From: Myxococcales bacterium
Lineage (GTDB): Bacteria; Myxococcota_A; UBA9042
DNA length: 64,000 nt
Direction: 5' to 3'
NCBI GenBank assembly: GCA_947499075.1
Contig: CANMNA010000002.1
Coordinates: forward strand, 1,287 to 65,286
In this document: in pieces, positions 36,176 to 45,809 of the stretch
Position numbering within the stretch: position 1 is the first letter of the stretch
Layout of the letters: each line of letters begins with the position of its first letter
Position numbers and translations under genes: made by a program
Notes under the pieces: model-generated
What the model saw: the letters and a program-made list of their open reading frames with translations, nothing else
Told to the model about the DNA's origin: nothing
Databases searched by the model: none

Positions 36176-38752
36176 CTAGGCCGCCAGCGTCACCGCCGCA
36201 GGCTCACTATTGGGCGCCAGCACCACCTCGACACAGTGGTCAATGTCCAAGAACCGCTGGGCGACATCGCGAATTTGCTCTTTGGTCACCGCAAGCAGCG
36301 AGTCGATTTGCCCGCGGTAGGCTTCGCGGCCCAGCCCGTACAGTTCGTTCAGGCACAGCGTTGCCGCCCGAGACGAGCGGTGCTGCAGGCCAATCGCGAA
36401 GCTGCCGGCCAGGCTCTGCTTGGCGCGATCGAGCTCTTCATCGCCCACGCCACCCTGCCGCAGCTTGTCGATCTCGTGGTACAGGCCAGCCAAAGCCTGA
36501 TCGACCTTGTCCGGCGAAGTGCCCATGTACAGGGTAAAGTAGCCCTCGTCCAAGCCTTCGACATGCATGCCACTGACACTGTAGGCCAGCGACTGCTTGT
36601 CGCGCAGCTCTAGGAACAACCGCCCCGACTGGCCCGACATGATGGTCGCTAACACGTCCAGGGCAAACCGCGCCGGGTCGTGCAGCCGCGCGCCGAGAAA
36701 GCCGACCGCCAAATGCGCCTGCTGCTTGGCGGCGTTGGGCCGCACGCTGAGGCGGCGGGCCGGCCGCGGCACCGGGCGATGCTGCGGCAGCGGCAACATC
36801 ACGCGATCGCTCGGACTGCGCGCCGTCAGCGTCGCCACCAACTGGTCAACATCGATGTCTCCCGCCGCTGCAAACACCAGCCGCCCTGGAGCCAGCTGAC
36901 CGCGGACGTACTGCAACAAGTCGTCGCGCTGTAGCCCGGTCACGCTGGGGATATTGCCCAACAAGTCCAAGGCGTACGGATGCTCGCCATACAGCGCCGT
37001 CGCCATCGCGCGGATGGTCTGCCGCGACGGTGCATCGGCTTGGTGGCGCAGGTCTTCGAGTTGGCTTTGGCGCTCTTGTTCGAGATCGCCTTCGGGTAAC
37101 ATGCACTCGAACAGCGAATCACAAAACAGATCGAGCACCTCGGTCTGGTGGCGCGCCAAGCCCATCGCTTGCAGGCCCAGCGAATTGCGGCCAGCCGAGC
37201 CGGCCAGCCCAGCTGCCAAGCTCTCGATCTCGTGGGCGATCATGTCCGAAGTGCGCCGCGTCGTCCCGCGTGTCAGCAGGTTGCCCAGCAGGTGGGTCCG
37301 GCCATTGTTGGCCACGCTTTCAGCCCGCAGGCCGCCCAGCGCCGCCACGCGCACCGCAAAAAGCGCGACTGAGCGGTCCGGTTGCACCACCAGCACGTCA
37401 CCCGAAGGCAGCTCGATGCGCTCGATGCCGTCGAGCACGTCGGGCGTGCGGATGGCCAGCGTAGGCCCCACCGGATGCAGGGCCTTGCGCACATCGTCCA
37501 TCAGCGTGTGTTGCAGCTGCAAGTCGGTGGCGTCCTGTCCAAAAAGCGAGACAATTTGCACGGTATCTGCGTTGAGCCAGCGCTGGGCCACCCGCACTAC
37601 GTCGGCGCGCGTGACTTCAGCGACACGCTGGGCGTAGGTGCGATCCCAGTGTGGATCGCCCGCCGCTACGGCGAAATAGCCCAGCGAGTTGGCCAGGCCT
37701 TGCATCGTTTCTTGCTTGTACGTCGACTCGGCGATCACGTTGTGCTTGGCCTTCTCGAGCTCCGCCTGATCGATGCCCTCGCGGCGCACAGTAGCGATTT
37801 CTTCGAGCGCGGCCTGCCACGCTGGCGGGATCCGCTCGGCCGAAGTCAGGATCGTCGCTGCGAACAGGCCACCGCGCTGCGGGGTCCAACTGGAAGCGCC
37901 AATGTCGTTGGCCAGCAGCAGCTCGCGCTCGACCCGCCGGACCATGCGCGACGAGTCGCCTTGGCCCAGGGCAATCGCCAGCACGTCGAGCGCGGGCACG
38001 TCCGGGTGCAGCATGTCCGGGATCGGCCACGCAATCAGCGACCGGCTCTCGCTAAACGTGCTGCGCTGGGTCGTCTCGCGCGCCGGATGGGTCGCGGCCA
38101 GACCGGCCGGCCGCTTGGGCGCCAGGCTGGTGCCCTGACTGGCAAACGCGGCCGCCACTGCCGTCTTGACGTCTTCGGCGTCGACATCGCCCGCCACCAC
38201 TACGGTGGTGTTGGGTGCGGTGTAGTGCTTGCGCCAGAAGGCCCGCATGCGCTGCGGTGTCATCGACCTGACGCTCTCGGCAGTGCCCAGCACCGGCAGC
38301 GCGTACGGATGCCCAGCGAACGCCTGCTCAAACAGCAGCCGCCAGCTGACTTGGCCCGGACTATCGGCGGCGCGCCGGATCTCCTCGATCACCACTTCGA
38401 TCTCGCGCGCCAGTTCTTCGGCATCGAACAGAGAGTGGCAGACCGCGTCGGCCAGCACATCCAGGCCTTGGTGCCAGGCATGGGCCGGCATGACGACGTG
38501 GTAGCAAGTCGCGTCGTTGCTCGTCCAAGCGTTGATTTGGCCGCCCACGCGCTCGACGCCGGCGGCAATTTCGCCCACGCCACGGCTCGGCGTGCCCTTA
38601 AACAGCATGTGCTCGTGCAAGTGGGCCAGGCCCGCTTCGTCGGGCAATTCGTCAAAACCGCCGGTCGAAATCCAGATCTGAACGGCGACAACCGGCGCGC
38701 CGGCCACCGGCTCGACCAAAAGGCGCAAGCCAGACTGCAAAACTGTATCCAT
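36176..38752 (-). CDS. Tandem M16-family zinc peptidase (pitrilysin-like, two M16 modules)
   Basis: The inverted zinc motif HLHEHMLFKGT (HxxEH) is near the N-terminus. A second inactive-type M16 repeat follows. Length is 858 aa. Confidence 0.75.
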   Translation of the reverse strand: MDTVLQSGLRLLVEPVAGAPVVAVQIWISTGGFDELPDEAGLAHLHEHMLFKGTPSRGVGEIAAGVERVGGQINAWTSNDATCYHVVMPAHAWHQGLDVLADAVCHSLFDAEELAREIEVVIEEIRRAADSPGQVSWRLLFEQAFAGHPYALPVLGTAESVRSMTPQRMRAFWRKHYTAPNTTVVVAGDVDAEDVKTAVAAAFASQGTSLAPKRPAGLAATHPARETTQRSTFSESRSLIAWPIPDMLHPDVPALDVLAIALGQGDSSRMVRRVERELLLANDIGASSWTPQRGGLFAATILTSAERIPPAWQAALEEIATVRREGIDQAELEKAKHNVIAESTYKQETMQGLANSLGYFAVAAGDPHWDRTYAQRVAEVTRADVVRVAQRWLNADTVQIVSLFGQDATDLQLQHTLMDDVRKALHPVGPTLAIRTPDVLDGIERIELPSGDVLVVQPDRSVALFAVRVAALGGLRAESVANNGRTHLLGNLLTRGTTRRTSDMIAHEIESLAAGLAGSAGRNSLGLQAMGLARHQTEVLDLFCDSLFECMLPEGDLEQERQSQLEDLRHQADAPSRQTIRAMATALYGEHPYALDLLGNIPSVTGLQRDDLLQYVRGQLAPGRLVFAAAGDIDVDQLVATLTARSPSDRVMLPLPQHRPVPRPARRLSVRPNAAKQQAHLAVGFLGARLHDPARFALDVLATIMSGQSGRLFLELRDKQSLAYSVSGMHVEGLDEGYFTLYMGTSPDKVDQALAGLYHEIDKLRQGGVGDEELDRAKQSLAGSFAIGLQHRSSRAATLCLNELYGLGREAYRGQIDSLLAVTKEQIRDVAQRFLDIDHCVEVVLAPNSEPAAVTLAA

Positions 38753-38761
38753 GTTGAACTC

Positions 38762-39868
38762 CTAACAGCCGTCGCGCCGCAGTTGCGCTGCAAGCACCAT
38801 CTGGCGCAGCGTTTCGGCAAACGGTGGCCGTGCCACGCCCTGCTCGGTAATGATGCCGGCGATGAGCTCCGCCGGCGCCACGTCAAATGCAGGGTTGAAC
38901 ACTGCCACGCCGTTGGGCGCGAATTGCGCCCCCTGTGGGCAAGTCACTTCACTGGGATGGCGCTCTTCGATGGGGATCGCCTGCCCATCTGGGCAAGTCA
39001 GATCGATCGTCGAGGTCGGCGCCGCAATGTAAAACGGAATCTTGTGGTACGCGCACAGGATCGCCACGCTGTAGGTGCCGATCTTGTTGGCGGAGTCGCC
39101 GTTGGCGGCGATGCGGTCTGCGCCGACAATCGCGGCTTGGATCAAGCCCTTGCCCATCACATGGCCGGCCATGTTGTCGCAGATGAGCGTCGCTTGCATG
39201 CCGTCCTTGGCGCACTCCCAAGCGGTCAGACGCGCGCCCTGCAGCAGCGGCCGGGTCTCATCCATCCACACGTGCAGCTGCTTGCCTTGGGCGTGCGCCG
39301 TGCGGATCACGCCCAGCGCCGTACCGATGCCACCGGTCGCCAGCGCCCCTGTGTTGCAGTGGGTCAGCACGCCACCCTTGTCCGGCAGCAGCGGCGCGCC
39401 GTGGCGGCCGATGTCGACACAGCACTGGGCGTCATCGGCGTGGATCGCCTGGGCTTCGCCGACCAGCGCCGCCTGCCGGTCAACCAGTGACTTGCCCGCG
39501 CTGTGCTGGCCTGCCGCCCACATCCGATCGATGGCCCAAAACAGGTTGACCGCGGTCGGCCGCGTCGCGGCAAATCGCGCACAGGCTTGGGTCAGCACGT
39601 CGTCGAATTCGCCGTCGGGGTAGACCAGCAAGTACTGCGCCACGCCATAGGCTGCCGCAATGCCGATCGCCGGCGCGCCGCGCACGGTCAGCGTCTTGAT
39701 GGCGTCCATCACCTGCTCAGGGCGCGCGCAGTCCAGATACTGTTCACTGCCGGGCAGTTGCCGCTGATCGAGCAGGCGCACGATCGGCGGCGGCCCGGGC
39801 AGCCAGAGCACCGCGGTGATGCCGGTGGTGGGGGTCACAAGGGCCTCATCGAATCTGCAAGTGGCCAA
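38762..39868 (-). CDS. mtnA: S-methyl-5-thioribose-1-phosphate isomerase / eIF-2B-like family
   Basis: LLDQRQLP, TVRGAPAIGIAAAYG and GADRIAANGD motifs are present. The start is TTG. Confidence 0.7.
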   Translation of the reverse strand: MATCRFDEALVTPTTGITAVLWLPGPPPIVRLLDQRQLPGSEQYLDCARPEQVMDAIKTLTVRGAPAIGIAAAYGVAQYLLVYPDGEFDDVLTQACARFAATRPTAVNLFWAIDRMWAAGQHSAGKSLVDRQAALVGEAQAIHADDAQCCVDIGRHGAPLLPDKGGVLTHCNTGALATGGIGTALGVIRTAHAQGKQLHVWMDETRPLLQGARLTAWECAKDGMQATLICDNMAGHVMGKGLIQAAIVGADRIAANGDSANKIGTYSVAILCAYHKIPFYIAAPTSTIDLTCPDGQAIPIEERHPSEVTCPQGAQFAPNGVAVFNPAFDVAPAELIAGIITEQGVARPPFAETLRQMVLAAQLRRDGC

Positions 39869-42800
39869 TGGTGGCCCGGTTGTCGCCGTGTTTGATCACC
39901 CCTGGGCCCGTCGCTGCAAGCACGGCCAAGCGCTGATCATTGCTCGGATTGTAGTAGCCGATGATGATCTCGTTGGGGCCCGAGTTGGTGCCCAGCGGCA
40001 CCTCCTGCTCGAACTCGTCGGCGATCAGGTCGCCCGGCATCCAGTGGTTGGTCTGAAAACAGCCGTTGCACGGCTTGTTTTCGTCTTCGCTGGGGTCAGG
40101 CTGGGTCAGCGGCCAGCGATCGAGGTGCAGCGGATGCGGGTGCATGAACAGCTTCCAGCTGGTCGGCGTGGCTTTGACGACCTTCCAATACAGCGTCATC
40201 TTGTACTTCTGCGACCGCGACACGCTGTGATCAGCCAGCTTGTAGCCAATCAGGTGGATGCAGTTGTCAAAGTTGACGAAAATCTTGCGCAGCGTCTTTT
40301 CCTTGGCCAGATCCACCTGAGTAATCAGGGCCTTTTTCAGCCAATTCTGATCCGGTTGGGTCGTCTGCAAGAAGTTGGTGGCGAGCACCAGCCGTGACGA
40401 GCTGGCATCGACTAGCGCGATGTGCTGACCGCCCTGGTGCTGCCGCATGGCGTGGTTGAGCTCGGAGAACGTGTCCTTGGGCAGCACGACGAACCGCTGC
40501 AGTGGCCCCGGCGCGGCAAATAGCTCTGGCTGCACGCCTTGTGGTCGGGCGGCAGACCACTTGTCCAGGGTCAGCCATCCGCGGGTTGCGTCATCGGCGG
40601 TGAGCAGCAGCGTGGCCGATAGCGTCAGCGTGTCCGCCGTGTTGTCGACCACCGTCGCTGTTTGGCCTTGGGGTGCGTACACCGCTGCACCTTGCCAGAC
40701 GCCGACGCTCCACCCAGCCTTGTCGACGCGCACCTTGGCGCCGTCGGCGGCCGACACCACGCCAAACCACGCAGATGCGTCGCGCTGCCCCGCTTTCTTG
40801 GTGTCCAGACCCGCGTGCCAACCTGGCACGGCCACCACGCGGCTGGTGCCACCTTGGCCCCCTTCGCTGATCCGCGCCGCGGCATTGGCGCCTGCCAGTA
40901 ACTGCAGGGTCGCTTGGCGATCTTCAAGCAACGGCATCGACTGCGTGTAGAAATTGTTGTCGTTGCCAGCCTTGGCAGCCCCGTGGGCAAAGGCGCGCGG
41001 CACACCGCGGTCATCGCTGGTGGTGCCGCCCGACTCGGCGATCCGCGCAACCAGATGCTTTTGCGAGAAGTGCACCGACAAGCCAGGCAACAGTGTCCAG
41101 GCGTAGCCGCCTGAGAAGCACACACCCGCCACCACAAGTGCTGTCGCCGCCCAGCGCGGCTGCTCGATGTGCCCGGCCAGGGCCAGCCCGCGATCGACCC
41201 ACCCGGCGACCACGGTTCGGCCAGCTACCCACCGATTGAGCGCGACCACCACTGCGGCGCCGACCAGCAGACCGCTATCCGGCGCGGCGATCAGCACTTT
41301 TGCCAAGTACTTGTAAGGTTCGGCTTGCGGGGTGACTTCGGTCACGTAGCGGCCAGCCAGTGGCCCAAACAGCACGAACAGCGCAAAGGCGCCGGCAGCC
41401 ACGGCTGGCCACGCATAGCCAGCGGCGTTCGCTTGCGCCCGGCCCACGACCGTGAGCACCGCCACTGCAGCCAGCCACCACGTGCCGATCAGGAACAGTG
41501 GAAAGCTCCACGTCCCCGCGGCTTGCGAGGCGCCAATGCCCAAACCCGCAACAGCCAGCAGCCCGACCATGCCAAAAACCAGCGGCGTGCGCTGGCGGGC
41601 CCCAGCGACCAGCGGCGCCCACAGCGAGTCTGTGTCTTGCAGCGGCTTGCCGACGACCAGGACCAGACCCACGGCGATCAGCAGGACCAGCGGTGTTAGA
41701 AATGCCGCCGAGCCCGCGCCTGCTGCCAGCGCACCGCCATAGCCCACCTCTGGGTGCAGCTGCACCAAGACGCCCAAGCCGCTGCCCAGCACCATCAGCA
41801 CGCCGATCGACCACGCGATCAGCGCCACCAGATCGCTGTGCAACGACTTGGCCAGCGTCAGCGTCAGCCGGTACCCGCGCTGGGTCGCCAGCCGCTCGCC
41901 CAGCACGGTGGTCAGCCCGGCCAGCGCCAGCAGCGTGGCGAACACGGCGGCTGCCGCCAGCACTTCGGGTCGGGTGTCCTGGATGACCACCCACAGGCGA
42001 TCATAGTTGTAACCAGTTGTCTGCGCTTGGGTCTTGAGCAACACGTCGAGTTTGCTGCCCAGAGACGCCAGCGCATCGATGGCCCAAATCAAGCCAATCG
42101 CGGCCAAGGTCCACGCCGCAGCCGTACGCGTCCGCAGCCACTGCACCGCGCGCTCGATCGTCGCCATCGGCTTGGCAGTACCCACCGCAAAGGCCAAAAC
42201 GGCCAATAGGGCCAGCACATGGGCTGGACGCGGCATGGCCAGCTCGGCCGGCCACGACGGATCACTGGTGGCACCGACCGCGGCAATCGGCGGGTCAAAG
42301 GCCAGAAACCGCGTTAAAGCATCGCCATTTTTGGAAATCTCCCGGTGCAGCAACAGCGTCGACAGGGCCACGAACGCCGCGGCGAGCCGCCCCGAGACCT
42401 TGCCCCGCAGCAGGTCCGCCAACAGCGCTGCCGCAGCGACCGCGCTCACGCCGGCAATCGGGACAACCAAGTGGTGAAAAGTCCGAATCAGCGTCGCGAC
42501 TACCGCAAACGGCACCACCACGCCGATGAGCAATGCGGCACCGACGTGGGCTGCCCGATCCGTGCTGCCTTCGTCTTGATCGCCGGCGAGCAAACGGCCC
42601 AAACCCAGGGCCACGGCCGCACCCCACGGGAACAGACCAAAGCCGGCTTGGCCGACGAACCAGGCAAAGTCACGGTGGTACTGATCGGGGCCGGCAGAAA
42701 ATGCGCCTTGGGTAAACCGCAGGCCGCGCAGCACCTGGCTATCGGGCTCGCCGAGCACCACGTACGCTGCGCCGCCGAGCAGGGCCAATGTGGCTACGGC

Positions 42801-44063
42801 CAGACTTACCGGTGCCGGTCGCCAGTCCGCGGCCGCCAGCACGTACGCCACGCACATGCCCGCGGCCATGGTCGCGCCGCCCAAGCCGCGGCCCAGCAAC
42901 AGGACTAGTGCGCCAGTCACGACCCACAGCGGCCAGTCGCGGCCGACTTGGACTGGCTTGCGGGCGGCCCCTTGGGCCAACCCCAACGCCACCAGCGTCA
43001 CCCCGAGCATGGGTGACACTTCCAGCGTCAAGATCCGGCCAAAGCCCATCGACATCGGCAACGTGGCGTAGACCGCCAGCGCGCACCACCCACCCGTCGC
43101 GCCAAACAGGCGGCGACTGCCCAGCACCACCAGCAGGCCAGTCAGAAGCGTCAGCAGTGCGCCACCCAAGCGGGCGCCGAACTCAGTTGGTCCGGCCGCG
43201 CTCAAACCGACAGCGGCCACCGCGGCATCAAGCCACGCGATCGGCAGGTTGTTGCCCTCGCGCTTGTGCACCGGCCATGCCCACGGCGATGGCACCGCGG
43301 TGGCCACCGCTCGGATCAACTGGGCCACTGGCACCACTTCGTCGCGGCCGCCCAGCAGCGGCCACAGCCCGGCCGCATCGCTGTCGCTGTCCAGCCAACC
43401 TGCGGTAGCTGCGTTCTTGTTGCCCTGCGCCAGCGCCTTGGCCCGCGCTTGCTGCACTGCCTTGCGCAAGCCCGCAGCGTCGCTGTCGCTGACCAACACC
43501 ATCCGCATGCCGCGGTTCTGGGCCTCGATGGCGCCCAGTTGGCTGGCCACTTCGGTCCATCCGCCGCCTTGCTGCTGACGCACGGCATCGGCATCGACCA
43601 CCAGCAAGTGCGCGACCTCGCGGCCCAACCGCTGCGCCGCACCTTGGAGCGAGGCCAAGGCCCCGGCGTCGAGCTTGGCCGAAGCGCGCACCAGCGCATA
43701 TTGGCCCGAAGCTTGTTTTTCTAGCGTTGCCAGCAGCTTGTCGCCGCTGCTCTCGGCCACCACCACCCGCGGTAGGCCCGCCATCCGCCGCGCGACTGCG
43801 GCGCGGTCCATCTCCCACGGGTCGAGCAACCCAGGCTTGCCCAGTCCGGGCAACAGCGCCGCGGCAAAAACAGCTGCTGCAAGCGCGAGCTGCCACGGGC
43901 GCAGCCGGGTTTCGAGGCGCTGCAGCGGGCTTGCAGGAGGGTCGGGCGCGGGCGGCATCATCGGCGGCTTGCCTCGCCGGCATGGCCGGCCGGAAGGGGG
44001 CGGCAATTTAGCAGGAAACGGCCACGGGGCAAGCGCACATTGCGCGCGCTCAGACGGCACCAA
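39846..44063 (-). CDS. Very large polytopic membrane protein (1405 aa), putative GT-C-type glycosyltransferase or polyprenyl-linked glycan processing protein
   Basis: More than 25 predicted TM segments are present, with a ~330-aa C-terminal soluble domain. It overlaps uppS by 14 nt in the same operon. The functional call is by inference only. Confidence 0.35.
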   Translation of the reverse strand: MVPSERAQCALAPWPFPAKLPPPSGRPCRRGKPPMMPPAPDPPASPLQRLETRLRPWQLALAAAVFAAALLPGLGKPGLLDPWEMDRAAVARRMAGLPRVVVAESSGDKLLATLEKQASGQYALVRASAKLDAGALASLQGAAQRLGREVAHLLVVDADAVRQQQGGGWTEVASQLGAIEAQNRGMRMVLVSDSDAAGLRKAVQQARAKALAQGNKNAATAGWLDSDSDAAGLWPLLGGRDEVVPVAQLIRAVATAVPSPWAWPVHKREGNNLPIAWLDAAVAAVGLSAAGPTEFGARLGGALLTLLTGLLVVLGSRRLFGATGGWCALAVYATLPMSMGFGRILTLEVSPMLGVTLVALGLAQGAARKPVQVGRDWPLWVVTGALVLLLGRGLGGATMAAGMCVAYVLAAADWRPAPVSLAVATLALLGGAAYVVLGEPDSQVLRGLRFTQGAFSAGPDQYHRDFAWFVGQAGFGLFPWGAAVALGLGRLLAGDQDEGSTDRAAHVGAALLIGVVVPFAVVATLIRTFHHLVVPIAGVSAVAAAALLADLLRGKVSGRLAAAFVALSTLLLHREISKNGDALTRFLAFDPPIAAVGATSDPSWPAELAMPRPAHVLALLAVLAFAVGTAKPMATIERAVQWLRTRTAAAWTLAAIGLIWAIDALASLGSKLDVLLKTQAQTTGYNYDRLWVVIQDTRPEVLAAAAVFATLLALAGLTTVLGERLATQRGYRLTLTLAKSLHSDLVALIAWSIGVLMVLGSGLGVLVQLHPEVGYGGALAAGAGSAAFLTPLVLLIAVGLVLVVGKPLQDTDSLWAPLVAGARQRTPLVFGMVGLLAVAGLGIGASQAAGTWSFPLFLIGTWWLAAVAVLTVVGRAQANAAGYAWPAVAAGAFALFVLFGPLAGRYVTEVTPQAEPYKYLAKVLIAAPDSGLLVGAAVVVALNRWVAGRTVVAGWVDRGLALAGHIEQPRWAATALVVAGVCFSGGYAWTLLPGLSVHFSQKHLVARIAESGGTTSDDRGVPRAFAHGAAKAGNDNNFYTQSMPLLEDRQATLQLLAGANAAARISEGGQGGTSRVVAVPGWHAGLDTKKAGQRDASAWFGVVSAADGAKVRVDKAGWSVGVWQGAAVYAPQGQTATVVDNTADTLTLSATLLLTADDATRGWLTLDKWSAARPQGVQPELFAAPGPLQRFVVLPKDTFSELNHAMRQHQGGQHIALVDASSSRLVLATNFLQTTQPDQNWLKKALITQVDLAKEKTLRKIFVNFDNCIHLIGYKLADHSVSRSQKYKMTLYWKVVKATPTSWKLFMHPHPLHLDRWPLTQPDPSEDENKPCNGCFQTNHWMPGDLIADEFEQEVPLGTNSGPNEIIIGYYNPSNDQRLAVLAATGPGVIKHGDNRATIGHLQIR

Positions 44064-44829
44064 AGCGGCGCTGGCGACGGGAGAATTCGGTCACCGCAGC
44101 CTGAAATTGCGGCTCGCCAAATTCCGGCCAGTCGCAGGCGGCGAAGACGAATTCGGCATAAGCTGCGTCCCACAGCAAGAAATTGGAGACGCGCTGCTCG
44201 CCCGAGGTGCGGATCACCAGATCAGGATCGCAGCCGACCTGCGAAGTCCACAGGGCGTTGGCCATGGCCCGCTCGTCGATGGCCGCTGGCTCCAGCGTGC
44301 CGGCCTTGACCTGTTCGGCCAGCGCCCGCGCCGCCTGCACCAGGTCTTCGCGTCCGCCATACGACAGGCACAGCGCCAGCGTCATGCCGCGGTGGTGGCG
44401 GGTGTCGGCGATCACGGCTTGCAGCGCCAACCGGGCCGGCAGCGGCAAGCGCGCCAGATTGCCCAGCGCCACCAGCCGGATGTGCTGCTTGTGCAGCTCC
44501 TGGCGCTCACTGGTCAAGAAGTCGACCAGCAGGGTGAACAGCCCTTGGACTTCAGCCTGCGGCCGGGCCCAGTTCTGCTCTGAAAAGGCATACAGCGTCA
44601 ACGCTTCGATGCCAAGCTTGCGGGCAGTGCGGGTCACGGCACGCACCGACTCGGCGCCAGCGCGGTGGCCGTCACTGCGACTCAGTCCCCGTTTTTTGGC
44701 CCAGCGGCCGTTGCCGTCCATGATGATCGCCACGTGGCGGGGCACCCGGGCAGCTTGCGTCGCCAGGTTCGACGATGGTGGCATGTGCGCGTTGCCCAGC
44801 ACGCTCGCGGTGGCTTCAGGGTGCAACAT
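44050..44829 (-). CDS. uppS: Undecaprenyl diphosphate synthase
   Basis: HVAIIMDGNGRWA, ALTLYAFSEQNW and RTSGEQRVSNFLLW motifs are present. The start is taken at ATG 44829 (alternatives are 44784 or 44865). Confidence 0.8.
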   Translation of the reverse strand: MLHPEATASVLGNAHMPPSSNLATQAARVPRHVAIIMDGNGRWAKKRGLSRSDGHRAGAESVRAVTRTARKLGIEALTLYAFSEQNWARPQAEVQGLFTLLVDFLTSERQELHKQHIRLVALGNLARLPLPARLALQAVIADTRHHRGMTLALCLSYGGREDLVQAARALAEQVKAGTLEPAAIDERAMANALWTSQVGCDPDLVIRTSGEQRVSNFLLWDAAYAEFVFAACDWPEFGEPQFQAAVTEFSRRQRRFGAV

Positions 44830-45802
44830 GGGTGACCTCCGGACGGGGCACAGCAGAAACCACAACCGGCCAGGCTTTGCCGCGCCACAGCACCCACGCC
44901 GACCCCAGCAACAACGGCACGCTGATCAACTGCGAGGTCGAGAACAGCCCGCCCAGCCACAGGCCGCGGTCGTCGGCACGCAGGTACTCCACGCCAAACC
45001 GAAAAAGGGCGTACAGCAGCATGAACAGAAAAAAGCCTTCCCCGTCGAAGCGCACGCCCTTGCGCACCCTGCGGTAACACACCACGCTGATGATCAAGCA
45101 GGCGATGGCTTCGTACAGCTGCGTCGCGTGCACTGGCAACGACGCGGTGGCGTAGTGGCTGATGCGGTGGTCGGCCAAGTGCTTGTCCCACGCTGGTGAA
45201 TACTTCGGAAAGGGCAGGCCGACCGCGGCATCGGTCACCGCGCCAAAGCAGCAGCCCGCGAGCAGACATCCGACGCGACCCCAGACCAAGCCTTGGGCGA
45301 TCCCAAAGCTGGCGAGGTCGGCCACGCGCCACATCGGCATGTTCTTCTTGCGCAAAAACCAGATCCCGGTCGGGACTGCCAGCAAAAAGCCGCCGTAGTA
45401 GGCGTAGCCGCCGTACCAAATCTTGAGCACCCGCAGGCAGTCTTGGCTTTGGCGGCACAGGCCGCTGGCACGCTCGCACACGTCGCCTAGCCCGGCTTCG
45501 AGACACTGGCTGTCGCTGGCGCACTTGATGCCGGGTCCAAGTGATAGGGCTGGGACTTGGCTGGGATCGGTGCACAAATGGACATAGTCCCAAAACATGC
45601 CGTCGGCAACGATGTGCAGCGCGCGCGCGCCAATCAAGCCACATGCCAGCATCAGCAGGCCGAGGTCCAAGATCGGGTTGCCGGCCATGCCCTGCTGCAC
45701 GCCCAGCTTGTGGGCCCACAAAATAGCGATCGTAAAGCCGATCATCAGCAGCGTGAAATACGCTGGCAGCGTGGCAAAGCCAAGATCAAACGAAGGGTGC
45801 AC
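44816..45802 (-). CDS. lgt: Prolipoprotein diacylglyceryl transferase with a Cys-rich periplasmic loop insertion
   Basis: The conserved Lgt N-terminus is HPSFDLGFATLPAYF...W. The G-rich signature is GRVGCLLAGCCFG. The GTG start is placed just after the lspA stop. An extra ~50-aa loop carries 7 Cys. Confidence 0.75.
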   Translation of the reverse strand: MHPSFDLGFATLPAYFTLLMIGFTIAILWAHKLGVQQGMAGNPILDLGLLMLACGLIGARALHIVADGMFWDYVHLCTDPSQVPALSLGPGIKCASDSQCLEAGLGDVCERASGLCRQSQDCLRVLKIWYGGYAYYGGFLLAVPTGIWFLRKKNMPMWRVADLASFGIAQGLVWGRVGCLLAGCCFGAVTDAAVGLPFPKYSPAWDKHLADHRISHYATASLPVHATQLYEAIACLIISVVCYRRVRKGVRFDGEGFFLFMLLYALFRFGVEYLRADDRGLWLGGLFSTSQLISVPLLLGSAWVLWRGKAWPVVVSAVPRPEVTHVAP

Positions 45803-45809
45803 GCGCGGC

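Noticed and set aside
37382-39490. 702-aa plus-strand ORF spanning the M16 peptidase / mtnA region
   Set aside because: It is antisense to two recognisable genes and has an Arg/Gly/Ala-rich composition with no motifs.
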